Below, piece by piece: positions 53,544 to 64,000 of a stretch of DNA of 64,000 bases. The notes below the pieces were generated by a model that did no database searches, was not told the DNA's origin, and saw nothing but the letters and a program-made list of their open reading frames with translations. The DNA is from Octopus vulgaris (lineage: Eukaryota), in assembly GCA_951406725.2 (NCBI GenBank), contig OX597823.1, positions 103,168,001-103,232,000 on the forward strand. Reading direction: 5' to 3'. Each line of letters starts with the position of its first letter. Position 1 is the first letter of the stretch. A program made the position numbers and the translations under genes.

Positions 53544-53618
53544 GTTCTGATGCCAAGCCTGGCAATTGAATATAAGGAATACCGAGATGTTGCTAATATG
53601 TGGTTTGGTCCTCGTCAG
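53544..53618 (+). CDS. RHBDF1: iRhom coding exon 7
   Basis: VLMPSLAIEYKEYRDVANMWFGPRQ (cf. ENFWIGP). Acceptor ttcAG, donor CAG|GTAACA, 75 nt. Confidence 0.9.
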
Positions 53619-53714
53619 GTAACATACAAAGTATTATTAATGTATTGTTGTTTGACCCTTTTATTATCATATTTCTGTTGATATTCACTGATTTTTGTTT
53701 CAATTAATTATGAA

Positions 53715-54262
53715 ATCCTTTGCATCAAATGGCAGAATCATATCCCCAACAAAGATGTCCTCAAGCAAGCAGGAATACCAAGCTTGTTTGCACTCCTCAC
53801 ACAAAGACGTATGAGATGGCTTGGACATGTTAGCCGTATGAAAGATGGCAGAATCCCCAAGGACATACTCTACGGAGAGCTTGCTAGGGGTACTAGGTCT
53901 GTGGGTAGACCGATCTTACGTTACAAGGCCTGCAACATCAATATTAGCAGTTGGGAAGCAATTGCCAGCAATTGAGGAGATTGGGGACGTAGCGTAAAAG
54001 AGGGAACACAAAGGAGTGACAGAGAGAGAGAGAGAGGAGAAATGGAAAGACAAGAAAAGACGTCAACATGAAACTATGACATTACAACCAGCCAGGCAAA
54101 GTCTTTGCTACATTTGCGGTACCTGCCAGAGAGAGTGTTTGTCAAAGATAGGACTACACAGCCACAGCAGGAAATGTATCAGGACATGAAATGTAAAAGC
54201 CAGACTAGATTATTTTATGTGCAACTCCATTGTCTCCCGAGACAAAAAGGATGCCTACAACA
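53715..54262 (+). mobile_element. RTE LINE 3' fragment
   Basis: RRMRWLGHVSRMKDGRIPKDILYGEL and a terminal zinc-finger remnant. Confidence 0.82.
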
Positions 54263-56475
54263 ATTATGAAAATAATGATGAATTTAATAATACAACTTCG
54301 TCATTATTAAGCTGGTGTTCTGGACTTAAATTAACCTAAAATTTTGTATGGATGGTTTTAATTTAGATAATCTTAAACAAGAAAATTGTATCGTAGAACC
54401 AGAGGCAGTCTCAGGCGGGTTGTTATAAAAAGGGTTAAGGAAAATGTGTTGAAAGAACAAGTTAGACAATGACCGAGAGCAGCTAGCCAAACTAGGGGCC
54501 TAGGCAACAGTAGAACAGCAATGATCCATAGTAGAGGATAGTATTGGTGATGGAGATGATAAGATCCGCAGAAGTGAATAGATAGCAGTGAAAGAGCAAT
54601 GATCTACAGTAGAAGGAAGTCAGTTGTGGGGGGACAGAATCCACAATAGGAGAAAGACCATTATGGTTGATCAACAGTGATCAGTATTAGAGGATAAACA
54701 GTGGTGGTGGGGGCACTGTTCTGTACTAGTGGCTGACAGTATCCTGTTTAATGCCTTGTGGTATTGATTTTCTTTCCCATTCCTCAATAATCAGGGAAAA
54801 TGAATCCAATTGTGTATGTTTAAGTAATTATTTAAGTATTTAATATGCCAGATATAAATGTCATATACAGTTTCATTATATTCAAATGCAATGAAACTGA
54901 AGTGCAACAAAAGGTTGAATGATTTTAGAAATAATGGTTTCAAATTTTGGTACAAGGTCAGCTGTTTCAAGAAAGTGGGCAAGCTGATTATATTGACCCC
55001 AACGCTCAACTGGTGCTTCTTTTACCAACCCCTTGCAGTGATGTCAGTATGTGACAACCTACAATTTTACAATTGCATGCGAAAAAGAGGGGTCACCATC
55101 TTGTATGTAAAACGACAAGAAAAATAAGAACTTGTGAGATGTTCAAAATAAGTCATAACGTATTTATTGCTGGATGCAATGTGTTAACAAATAAGAATAG
55201 TTTGAAAGAAAAGGCTTGTAACATATTACATGAACATACTTTGCTACCATATGTCTCAAAGCAAATGAGGCGAATATGTGTGCGTGCGGGTGTATGTGTG
55301 TGAATGGCATGGCTCAATGTGTACACCTAGGAACCGTTAGGCAAAAGGAGTGTGAAATTAGAATTGCGTAGTAAGAGATGAATGAGAAATCTCTGACTTC
55401 CATGTCATCTGGAAATGAATTGAAAACTTCTAGAATATCTGAGGATTTTCGAGAAGGTCGAGGGAGATTACTCTTGTTAGATCCCTTTTTCGTTTTATTT
55501 TCCTGCTTGACCACCAAGGGTCACTTACACCCTGAAAGGATGAAAGTAAAGTTGACCTTGGCAGAATTTGAACTTTGAATGCAAAGGCAGATGAAATGCT
55601 GAGAAGCATTTGGCCTGGGATGGTAATTTTTCTTCCAGCTCACCATATTAATGATTTTAGAAATATTAACAACTGTTGCAATAATTAATATTAATTGGTA
55701 AGCAGTATTTAGCAAAAACTATATCTTATTGTTCATAAATCTGCTGCTCTGAGTTCACATATACAAGGTTTCTTATCTTTGCTAGTCAGCTGTCTACTGT
55801 CTACTTCAGATGTATAGCTTTAAATGGGAACATTATTTGGTGTTGATTTATAAAAAAACATTCTGTATTTATCAGTGATATAGTGAAGGGGTCTCTGCTT
55901 GATGGTCAAGAGTTTCGATGCCCCTATTTTAATTAGACAGCATGATAAGCAAAAGGAAATATTGCATCCCTTTACGCCTACATCTGGAGATGACCGGACA
56001 CCTTGACTCCCCACGTGCCATGCCTCTTGTCAACAAAAACTGTTTAACTTTGAGATGTTGGTATATATAATAAAGACAATAACTAATAGGTAAAATACAT
56101 ATTAACATATGTACACACACACACACACAGAGGCATACGTATATACTTACAATAATGTAATTACATAGGTAAATATAAATACATATCAGTAACATACACA
56201 TATATTTATAACATATCTACATAGGTAAATATATACATAAACGAATATAACTGCTTGGGTTAGATATACAAAATAGGCGCAGGAGTGGCTGTGTGGTAAG
56301 TAGCTTGCTAACCAACCACATGGTTCCGGGTTCAGTCTCACTGCATGGCACCTTGAGCAAGTGCCTTCTACTATAGCCTCGGGCCGACCAAAGCCTTGTG
56401 AGTGGATTTGGTAGATGGAAACTGAAAGAAGCCTGTCGTATATATGTATATATATATAAATATATATAATTATAT

Positions 56476-58351
56476 ATCATCATCATCAAATCGTTTAACG
56501 TCCGTTTTCCGCGCTAGCATGGGTTGGATGGTTCGACCGGGGTCTGGGAAGCCAGGAGGCTGCACCAGGCTCCAGTCTGATCTGACAGTGTTTCTACAGC
56601 TGGATGCCCTTCCTAACGCCAACTACTCTGTGAGTGTAGTGGGTGCTTTTTACGTGCCACCGGCACAGGTGCCAGGGGAGTCTGGCAGCGGTCACGATTG
56701 GTTGGTGCTTTTAACGTGCCACCGGCACGGAAGCCAGTCAAGGCGGTGCTGGCATCTGCCACGTTCGGATGGTGCTTTTTATGTGCCACCGGCACAGGTA
56801 TCACACCTACTATTTCCATTGATATTTATTTCGATGTTCATGTACTTGACTCAATAGGTCTCCTCAAGCACTGCGGGTTGTTCTAAAATCCAAGGTACTT
56901 TGAATGGGCAGAAGCTATGCGGAACTGGTGCAGGAAGCAGCCCGGGTCTTTGCAGTCACAGCATATCTCTAGAGGTCTCGGTCCTTCGTCATTGCCTCTG
57001 TGAGGCCCAATGCTCTGAGGTCATGCTTGACTACCTCATCCCATGTCTTCCTGGGTCTATCTCTCCCCCTGATACCTTCATTGACATTACACATCCAGCG
57101 GATCATGTTAGCTTCATTTCTTTCAAGTCTACGCATGTCCTCTGCAGTCACAGCCCATGTTTCACTACCGTGAAGCATGGCAGTTCGCACACATGCATCA
57201 TACAATCTACCTTTCACTCTGAGCGAGAGACCCTTTGTTGCCAGTAGGGGTAGGAGCTTTCTAAACTTTGCCCAGGCTATTCGTATTCTAGTGGTGACAC
57301 TCTCTGAGCATCCACCTCCACTACTAACTTGGTCACCCAGGTAGCGGAAACTATCAACTACTTCTAGTTTCTCCCCCTGGAGTGTGATGGAATCTGTTTT
57401 CTGAGTATCTGTGGTGTCTATTGTCCCTGTGGATCTGCCACACATGAAAGCTATCTTGTCAGTTAATTTCCCTTTGATGTTGCTGCACCTCTTATGCGTC
57501 CATAGCTTACACTGGGTACACCTTATGGAGTTTCTACCTCCTCCTTTCCTACAGATCGAGCAGGGCCACCTGCCCGAGGGTGTGTGTGCTGAGTTCGTCT
57601 TTCTGCTTACTATAACTTTGGTCTTTGCTACATTTACTCTAAGGCCCTTTGATTCTAACCCTTGCTTCCACGCCCGAAATTTCTTTTCTAGTTCCGGTAG
57701 TGATTCTGCTATGAGAGCCAGGTCATCAGCATAGAGGAGCTCCCAGGGGCAACCTGTTTTGAATTCCTCTGTTATTGCCTGGAGGACTATGATGATTAAA
57801 AGGGGACTGAGGGCTGAACCTTGGTGTACACCTACTTCTACCCGGAATTCTTCACTATATTCGTTGCCAATCCTAACCTTGCTGACAGCCTCTCTGTATA
57901 GGGCCTGTACAGCCCTTATTAGCCATTCGTCAATCTCCAGTTTCCGCATTGACCACCAGATAAGGGATTGGGCGACCCTGTCAAAGGCTTTCTCCAAGTC
58001 CACAAAAGCTATGTAGAGGGGTTTATCTTTAGCTAGGTATTTTTCCTGCAGTTGTTGGACCAGGAATATAGCATCAGTGGTGCTTCTACCCGGCACAAAA
58101 CCGAACTGCATTTCATCTAAGCAAATTCTATCCCTAATGAGATGGGTTATGACCCTCTCTGTGACCTTCATCACCTGATCCAACAGTTTAATACCCCTGT
58201 AGTTATTTCTATCTATAGCATCACCTTTACCCTTGTAGCAGTTGACTATGGTGCTGCTACGCCAGTCATTGGGTATGACTCCATTATGAATTACCTGGTT
58301 TACAATGCGGGTGACTAGGCCATAACCCACACAACCAGCTGTTTTAAGCAT
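56476..58351 (-). mobile_element. RTE-clade LINE, 5'-truncated: RT, C-terminus, structured 3' UTR and (GAT)n tail
   Basis: ORF has NYRGIKLL, QFGFVPGRSTTDAIF, FVDLEKAFD, GVHQGSALSP, YADD, FRYLG. It runs directly into the repeat ending GGACGTTAAACGAT(GAT)n. Confidence 0.92.
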
Positions 58352-58362
58352 CCAATGTGCTA

Positions 58363-58478
58363 TGCTTACTGCACCTAGGTTTCCCAAGCGGTCACCCATC
58401 TAAGTACTGACTAGGCTTGACGTTGCTTAACTTCGGTGATCAGACGAGAACCGGTGCTTTCAATGTGATATGGCCATA
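58363..58478 (-). pseudogene. 5S rRNA pseudogene (near full length)
   Basis: Minus strand reads ATGGCCATATCACATTGAAAGCACCGGTTCTCGTCTGATCACCGAAGTTAAGCAACGTC...AGTACTTAGATGGGTGACCGCTTGGGAAACCTAGGTGCAGTAAGC, a metazoan 5S sequence with several substitutions. Single copy, no oligo-T terminator. Confidence 0.9.
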
Positions 58479-58496
58479 TATATATATATATATATA

Positions 58497-60386
58497 TAAC
58501 GGGAAGGTTTACGAAAATAAACAAAAGAGGAAGGCAGGTGGAATACAAACAAACAAATGTATTAGTATGGCGCTCAGGAATAGAAATAGAGCAAGTCTTT
58601 TACGTTTTGAGCCTACGCTCTTCCACAGAAAGATACATAGAAAAGAAACAAGGAGAGAAAAAAATGCGTGTAGGAGCTAATGGTCCATCATGGCGTTCTG
58701 ACTTCAGGTAGAAGTCAGAGGTCAGGCGTTAGATGCTAGAGGGATAGTAGGGGAGATAACAGGGTCAAGTGACTTCACCCCAACACGAAGGTGCGTGTGT
58801 GTATAAGAGAGTATGTATGTGCGTGTGAAATAGGGCTGGTGGTCTGGACGTGTGTATGTATGTATGTGTGGGTGTGGAGATATGGGGATGGGTGTGTGGG
58901 TGGTGTGTTGTGATATGATATGTGTATGTGTAGGTGTAAAGATGTGGGGATAGGTGTGTGGGTGGTGTGTTGTGATGTGATGTGTAATGTCATATGGTGT
59001 AGTGTAGTGTGGTGTGATGTTGTGGGGAGGTGGGGGGGCGAGAGTGGGGAAAGCCCATGCGGGGTGTGGGTTCGGATGGGGTTGGGGTAGAGTGGGGGTT
59101 GTGGAGAGAAGAGAGAGAGGAGGGGGAGGGGAGAGAGGAAATGAGGAGGAGGGAGGGGATGGGAAGAGAAGGGGAGTGAGGGAGCAGAGAGAAGGGGAAG
59201 AGGGAAGAAGAGGAGGGAAAGAGAGTAGGGGTGAAAAGATGAAGGACTGAAGAGAAGTAGGAGTTGGTGGGGTAGGTTAGATGCAAAGGAGGGGGAGAGT
59301 TGAGCCCAAATGGTGTAAAAGAGCGAAGAGAGAAGATTAATCTCTGTTCACGACGCAAGCGGGAATCCGGATGGCCTCTGTGCAAGGACAATCTCAACAC
59401 AGACAGATGTTGCAAGGAGTGACGGTGGAGTGGAAATGGCGTGAGACTGGTGTGTCATTGGCGAGGCGGATGTCTCGGAGGTGTTCCGCAAACCAGTCAG
59501 CCAAGCAGCGTCCTGCTTGTCCGATGTACAGGGAATGGCAGAGAGAGCAGGAGATGCAATAGATGATATTGCTGGAGGTGCAGGTGAAGGAGTCGATGAT
59601 GGGTGCCAGTTAGGAGGGTGGTGTTGGAGAGTTAAGGGCAAGTGCGGCAACGTGGGCGGGAGCAGGGGAACGAGCCAGGTTGGGAGGTAGGGTCAGGGAA
59701 GAAGCTGTGGACCAAGAGGTCTCGTAGGTTATGGGCTCGTTAGAAGGAGGGAAGGGGTCGGTTAGGGAAGAGGTGTGAAGTGGACGGGTCGGACTGGAGA
59801 TGTTGGAAAGCTCGAAGAATGGTGCGTTGGAGAGGTAGGGTGGTGGGGTGGTAAGTGAGGGGAAAAGGGAGGCGGGAGACTGCAGGGCGGGTTCGGGGGA
59901 AGAGAGCAGATGCACGGTCTACGGAACGTGCTCTGGGAAGGGCGGTGTGGATAGTGGTGAGGGGGTATCCATGTAGGATGAAGTGGCGAGCCATGAGTTG
60001 AGACTCAAAGTCATGGTTGTCACTACAGAGCCTACGTAGACGGAGGAATTGGGAATAGGGGATGGAAAGCTTGGTGTGTTTGGGGTGGGAGGAAGAGAAG
60101 TTTAGGTATGAGTGTGAGTCTGTGTGTTTGTAGTGAATGGAGGTGGTAAGAGTGGAGTGATGAATGCTGACCGAAATGTCAAGAAAGGAGACAGAGGTGT
60201 TGGAAATAGTGGAAGTGAAGTGGAGGGCAGGATGGAAGGAATCTAGATGTTCACGGGAGAGTGAAGTGGCATCGATAATGTCGTCAATGTAACGACCGTA
60301 TAGTTCGGGAGTGGGACCAGTGAAACTAGAGAATATTTGGGCCTCAACATAGCCAACGAACAGGTTCGCATAGTTGGGGCCCATTC
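58497..60386 (-). mobile_element. Penelope-like retroelement (RT C-terminal half + GIY-YIG), 5'-truncated and frameshifted
   Basis: MGPNYANLFVGYVE, GRYIDDI, SFLDISV, YKHTDSHSYL..SSSHP, IPYSQFLRLRRLCS; downstream YCISCSLC..LYIGQTGR and RLRREQRLIFSL..P.GLN. Flanked by (TA)n on both sides. Confidence 0.9.
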
Positions 60387-60398
60387 GCGATATATGTA

Positions 60399-60453
<55 letters not shown>

Positions 60454-61658
60454 TTGTTCCCCCCAACATCGCTTGACAACCGATGCTGATGTGTTTACGT
60501 CCCTGTAACTTAGCGGTTCGGCAAAAGAGGCCGATAGAATAAGTACTAGGCTTACAATGAATAAGTCCTGGGGTCGATATGCTCGACTAAAGGCGGTGCT
60601 CCAGCATGGCCACAGTCAAATGACTGAAACAAGTAAAAGAGTATATGTTTATACATGTAAATAGAGAGAAAGCAAAGACGGAAAAATTTTCAGATAATGC
60701 ATATTCAAGTATAAGTATATAGGCATTTATAGATTAATAGAGCAAACTTACACAGTGCAAAAATGTAGAAAATTAAAGGGGAGCAGGTATGGTGGTACAG
60801 GTCCGATAACTGTTTCTGGGGTCTGTAGCTACTTTGTAATGTCGCAGATGTATTTCACAATAATATGCAATCAATAATGGAAGAATATAAACATTGGGTA
60901 GATCCAGCCTTTGTCTTCAAGGTGGAGAAATCAAAATCTAACATTTCAAATGATAATGCAGGGAAATTTAAAGGTAAAATGGGTGAAGAGTTGTGAGTGG
61001 AGGGAGGAAGCAGTTGTGAGTGGAGGGAGGAAGTAGGTAGCTCGTTTGATTCTTGCACTGAGTGGAGTGTTGTGTCCTTGAGTAGTGTGCTTACTTTCTG
61101 CTTGTTTACTCAGTTGAGCACATATACTCATGGCAGCTGGAGAAGGAGCTTAATCCTTTAACACACTGACATTCTTTTGAACGACTCTTGTTCACTTTCC
61201 AGGTACATTACTGTATATACTTTATATGCACTTTTGACAAGTTGTGGTGCACCTGAGCATTGTATACAATAATTTCATTATTATTATGTTCAGTTGCCTT
61301 AAACACCAAAGAAAGTGGGATAAAATCTGATAAATTTTAATGGGCTGAAGATTTAGATTTTACCTTTTTTTAATTGGTAAATATAAGCACCTATCAGTCA
61401 CACATGCACCCACTTACCTGCCCGATGGTTGAGTGGCCAGTGTCTATGATAATACTCAGTATTACTCTTTGTAGACAATAATTCTAATAGATATTCATAT
61501 ATGAGAATGGATTGTTAATAAGAATCTGTTATCTCCACAACAGTACTTTCTGATCAGAAACAGAGAAGCAACTCTTAAACCACACTGTACAGCCCTGTTA
61601 TTTTATCAAAGTCTAATATTTTGTTTACCTCTAACAGTTATTTTTGTATTTTTCCTAG

Positions 61659-61820
61659 GCTGATCTCATTCACTTGGGGGCCAAATATTCTCCATGTATG
61701 CGAAAAGATAAGAACATATTGGATGCTTTGGAAAAAGATCGAAACCTTGAGCGCGAATCAGCTTGTTGTGTCCGTAATGATGGATCCGGTTGTTCCCAGA
61801 TGACTGAAAACAGATGCAGT
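61659..61820 (+). CDS. RHBDF1: iRhom coding exon 8 (start of Cys-rich luminal iRhom homology domain); gene continues beyond the window
   Basis: ADLIHLGAKYSPCMRKD...SACCVRNDGSGCSQ closely matches the iRhom IRHD motif. Acceptor cctAG, donor AGT|GTAAGT. Confidence 0.96.
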
Positions 61821-62094
61821 GTAAGTAACAATAAAGTATTTGAGTATCAGGATTATGAAGAGGAATTCACAAGAGGTTCTATAGACATCAACCATTTTGT
61901 TACCATATTGTTATTTTCTTCAGCTACCTCTGTTAACCCTTTTGATGCCGATGCCAGTACCCCCTGACTGGCTCTCGTGCCGGTGGCACATAAAAAGCAC
62001 CAACTACATTCTCGGGGTGGTTGGTGTTAGGAAATTGTGTCATCTTGTCATTATCTCATCCTTTCATGCTTACTGGTTCTACATTATTGAATAT

Positions 62095-62462
62095 GCGATA
62101 CAAATAAGAAGATGATATTCTTTCAAATGCAGAGTTACCGCTAGAACGGCAAAAATACTGGGTAACTTACCCTTACAAGGTGGACAAATTTGCAACAACC
62201 AGCCATGGGACTTGAACCCATAACCCTTAGAGACTCGGGTTGGGTGCTTTACCATTAAGCTAAACTGCCCACTGACAAATTCATCTGCCGAATTAGATAC
62301 TAAAAACTTTAGCTTTATATAACAACCATGTTTGTGTAAAGAAACAAATATTTGAGTTCCATGGTTGGTTGTTGACAAATTTTTCTACCTTTTTAATGGT
62401 AAGTTACCCAGTATTTCTGCAACTCTGTGTTTGGAAAAATATAATCTTATTTGTATTGTACA
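62095..62462. repeat. Element with imperfect inverted arms of about 110 bp and an internal tRNA-like head (minus, ~62200-62270)
   Basis: AAATACTGGGTAACTTACC...CAACAACCAGCCATGG is mirrored by CCATGGTTGGTTGTTG...GGTAAGTTACCCAGTATTT. Minus strand has TAGCTTAATGGTAAAGC...GGGTTCAAGTCCC. Confidence 0.7.
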
Positions 62463-64000
62463 ATACACATTTCAACTCCTGATAAAAAAAAAAATTGTTT
62501 GCTTACATTTATACACATGATTGAATATGCATGTTTTTTTGTTTTGTTTGTAAGGAGGATATGACAACCTCTTTAGTGCTGGTACCACATTAAAATATAC
62601 TCTGTACCCTCTGGAAGGTGGTTGGTGAAAGGAAGGGCACCCAGGCATAGAAACCATTCTGAAAATGAAATATACAAGCATCAGTCTGTGAAGGCAGTAG
62701 CTTCCAATCATCATCATCATCATCATCGTTTAACGTCCGTTTTCTATGCTAGCATGGGTTGGACGGTTCGACTGGGGTCTGGGAAGCCATGGAGGCTGCA
62801 CCAGGCTCCAATCTTGATCTGGCAGTGTTTCTATGCCCTTCCTAACGCCAACCACTCTGTGAGTGTAGTGGGTGCTTTTTATGTGCCACCGGCACAGGTG
62901 CCAGGGCAGGCTGAAGAACTGATTTTGACTGTGATGACCTGTTCCAACCTACCAGTATGGGAAAGTAGATATAAACATGTTGATAATAATAGGGTGTGAT
63001 TTGAAGAAGATGTGGCTGCTATTTCTACAAATTGAGAAACTGCTTATCAGTTCCTTGTTTAGCTTGTAAGAGCAGAGATAAATAAGCCTGGAAAGGTTTG
63101 AAGAAGTAAAAGTTATTCCTTGTTGTTCTAACACACCATTATTGGAGCCAACGAAAGTGCCTCTATAAAGTATCTCCACATACTAGAAATAAGTCAAATC
63201 TTCCTCAAATTACAGTTATTTTGTCAGAGCCATAAGTTTTGCTATTGGTTGCTCTTCCTACTTCTAACTTGTAAAGAAGGAGTGAACTGTTTAGTCAGTC
63301 AGGCAAACTGAGATATGTAAATTGTGGAAAAAAACCCCAAAAAAACACTGCTTGTAATTAAATTTGAACTCATCGTCATGTAATTGTTAGTCCAGCTTCA
63401 TCTTACAGCAGTTTTGCTCACATGCAAAAAAAGAAATCATTGTCACTACCATTTCTCCTCTTTTTATTCTTTTTGCATAATTTTGGGGGTAAATTTTGTT
63501 GGAACTAATTTTACCATAGATTTTTATGTTAAAGTCATTTGAAAATTATGCAGTGACCTCCAGCTCTGTAACTACACTGCCTTGCACATTATCTGACTAC
63601 TTTCTGATCTGTCCTCCTTCTTGAGCTATTTTTATCTCTCTCACTTTCCCACCCCATACCAATATTTCCTGTTAACTATACCCTTGTTCATTGCTCATTA
63701 CATTCACCTCTACCCCTATCTCTAAGCTCTTTGCTGTTACTTTCTTCTCACACTTATGAAATTACCCATCCTCTCTGCCTTCCTCCCCTGAGCTACTGCC
63801 CATAATATCTGTTCTGTTCACCTTCTTGCACTTTAAGAGTTTGTTCTTTCTTTCCAGCCACTCCCACCCTTTCCTGTGTTATGTAGGGTAACTATGTATC
63901 TCCTCATATAGCTCGTTCCTCTAGCCTTTCTACACCTGTAGTATAAAGCTACCGTCCCCTCTCTCAAATATACCTCTCCACTCAGTGAAGGGGTCTTTTT

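Noticed and set aside
56969-58399. 476-aa ORF as an intact RT gene
   Set aside because: The ATG lies inside the 5S pseudogene, the endonuclease domain is missing and there appears to be a deletion near the C-terminus. It is a truncated LINE copy.

Overview
AT-rich, repeat-dense eukaryotic genomic DNA. The repeat families and microsatellite style suggest an octopod cephalopod; this is an inference. Two host genes lie head-to-head. MPG (DNA-3-methyladenine glycosylase) is on the minus strand, with one coding exon at 1593-1983; the rest lies left of the window. An inactive rhomboid gene (iRhom, RHBDF1/2 orthologue) is on the plus strand, with eight phase-consistent coding exons from 29055 to 61820, continuing past the right edge. 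Humans have the same divergent RHBDF1-MPG pair beside the alpha-globin locus. The introns hold RTE LINEs and their 3' UTR fragments, tRNA-derived SINEs, Tc1/mariner, hAT and pogo fossils, non-autonomous Helitron-like elements, a Gypsy remnant and two Penelope-like elements (PLEs). The main unexplained structure is RNA-level: (i) several type-I hammerhead ribozyme folds with palindromic stem III, four of them with long stem II and three on the iRhom sense strand; (ii) tandem predicted H-type pseudoknots in the RTE 3' UTR; (iii) a 5S rRNA-RTE chimeric retrocopy. All calls come from reading the sequence by eye; nothing was computed or searched.
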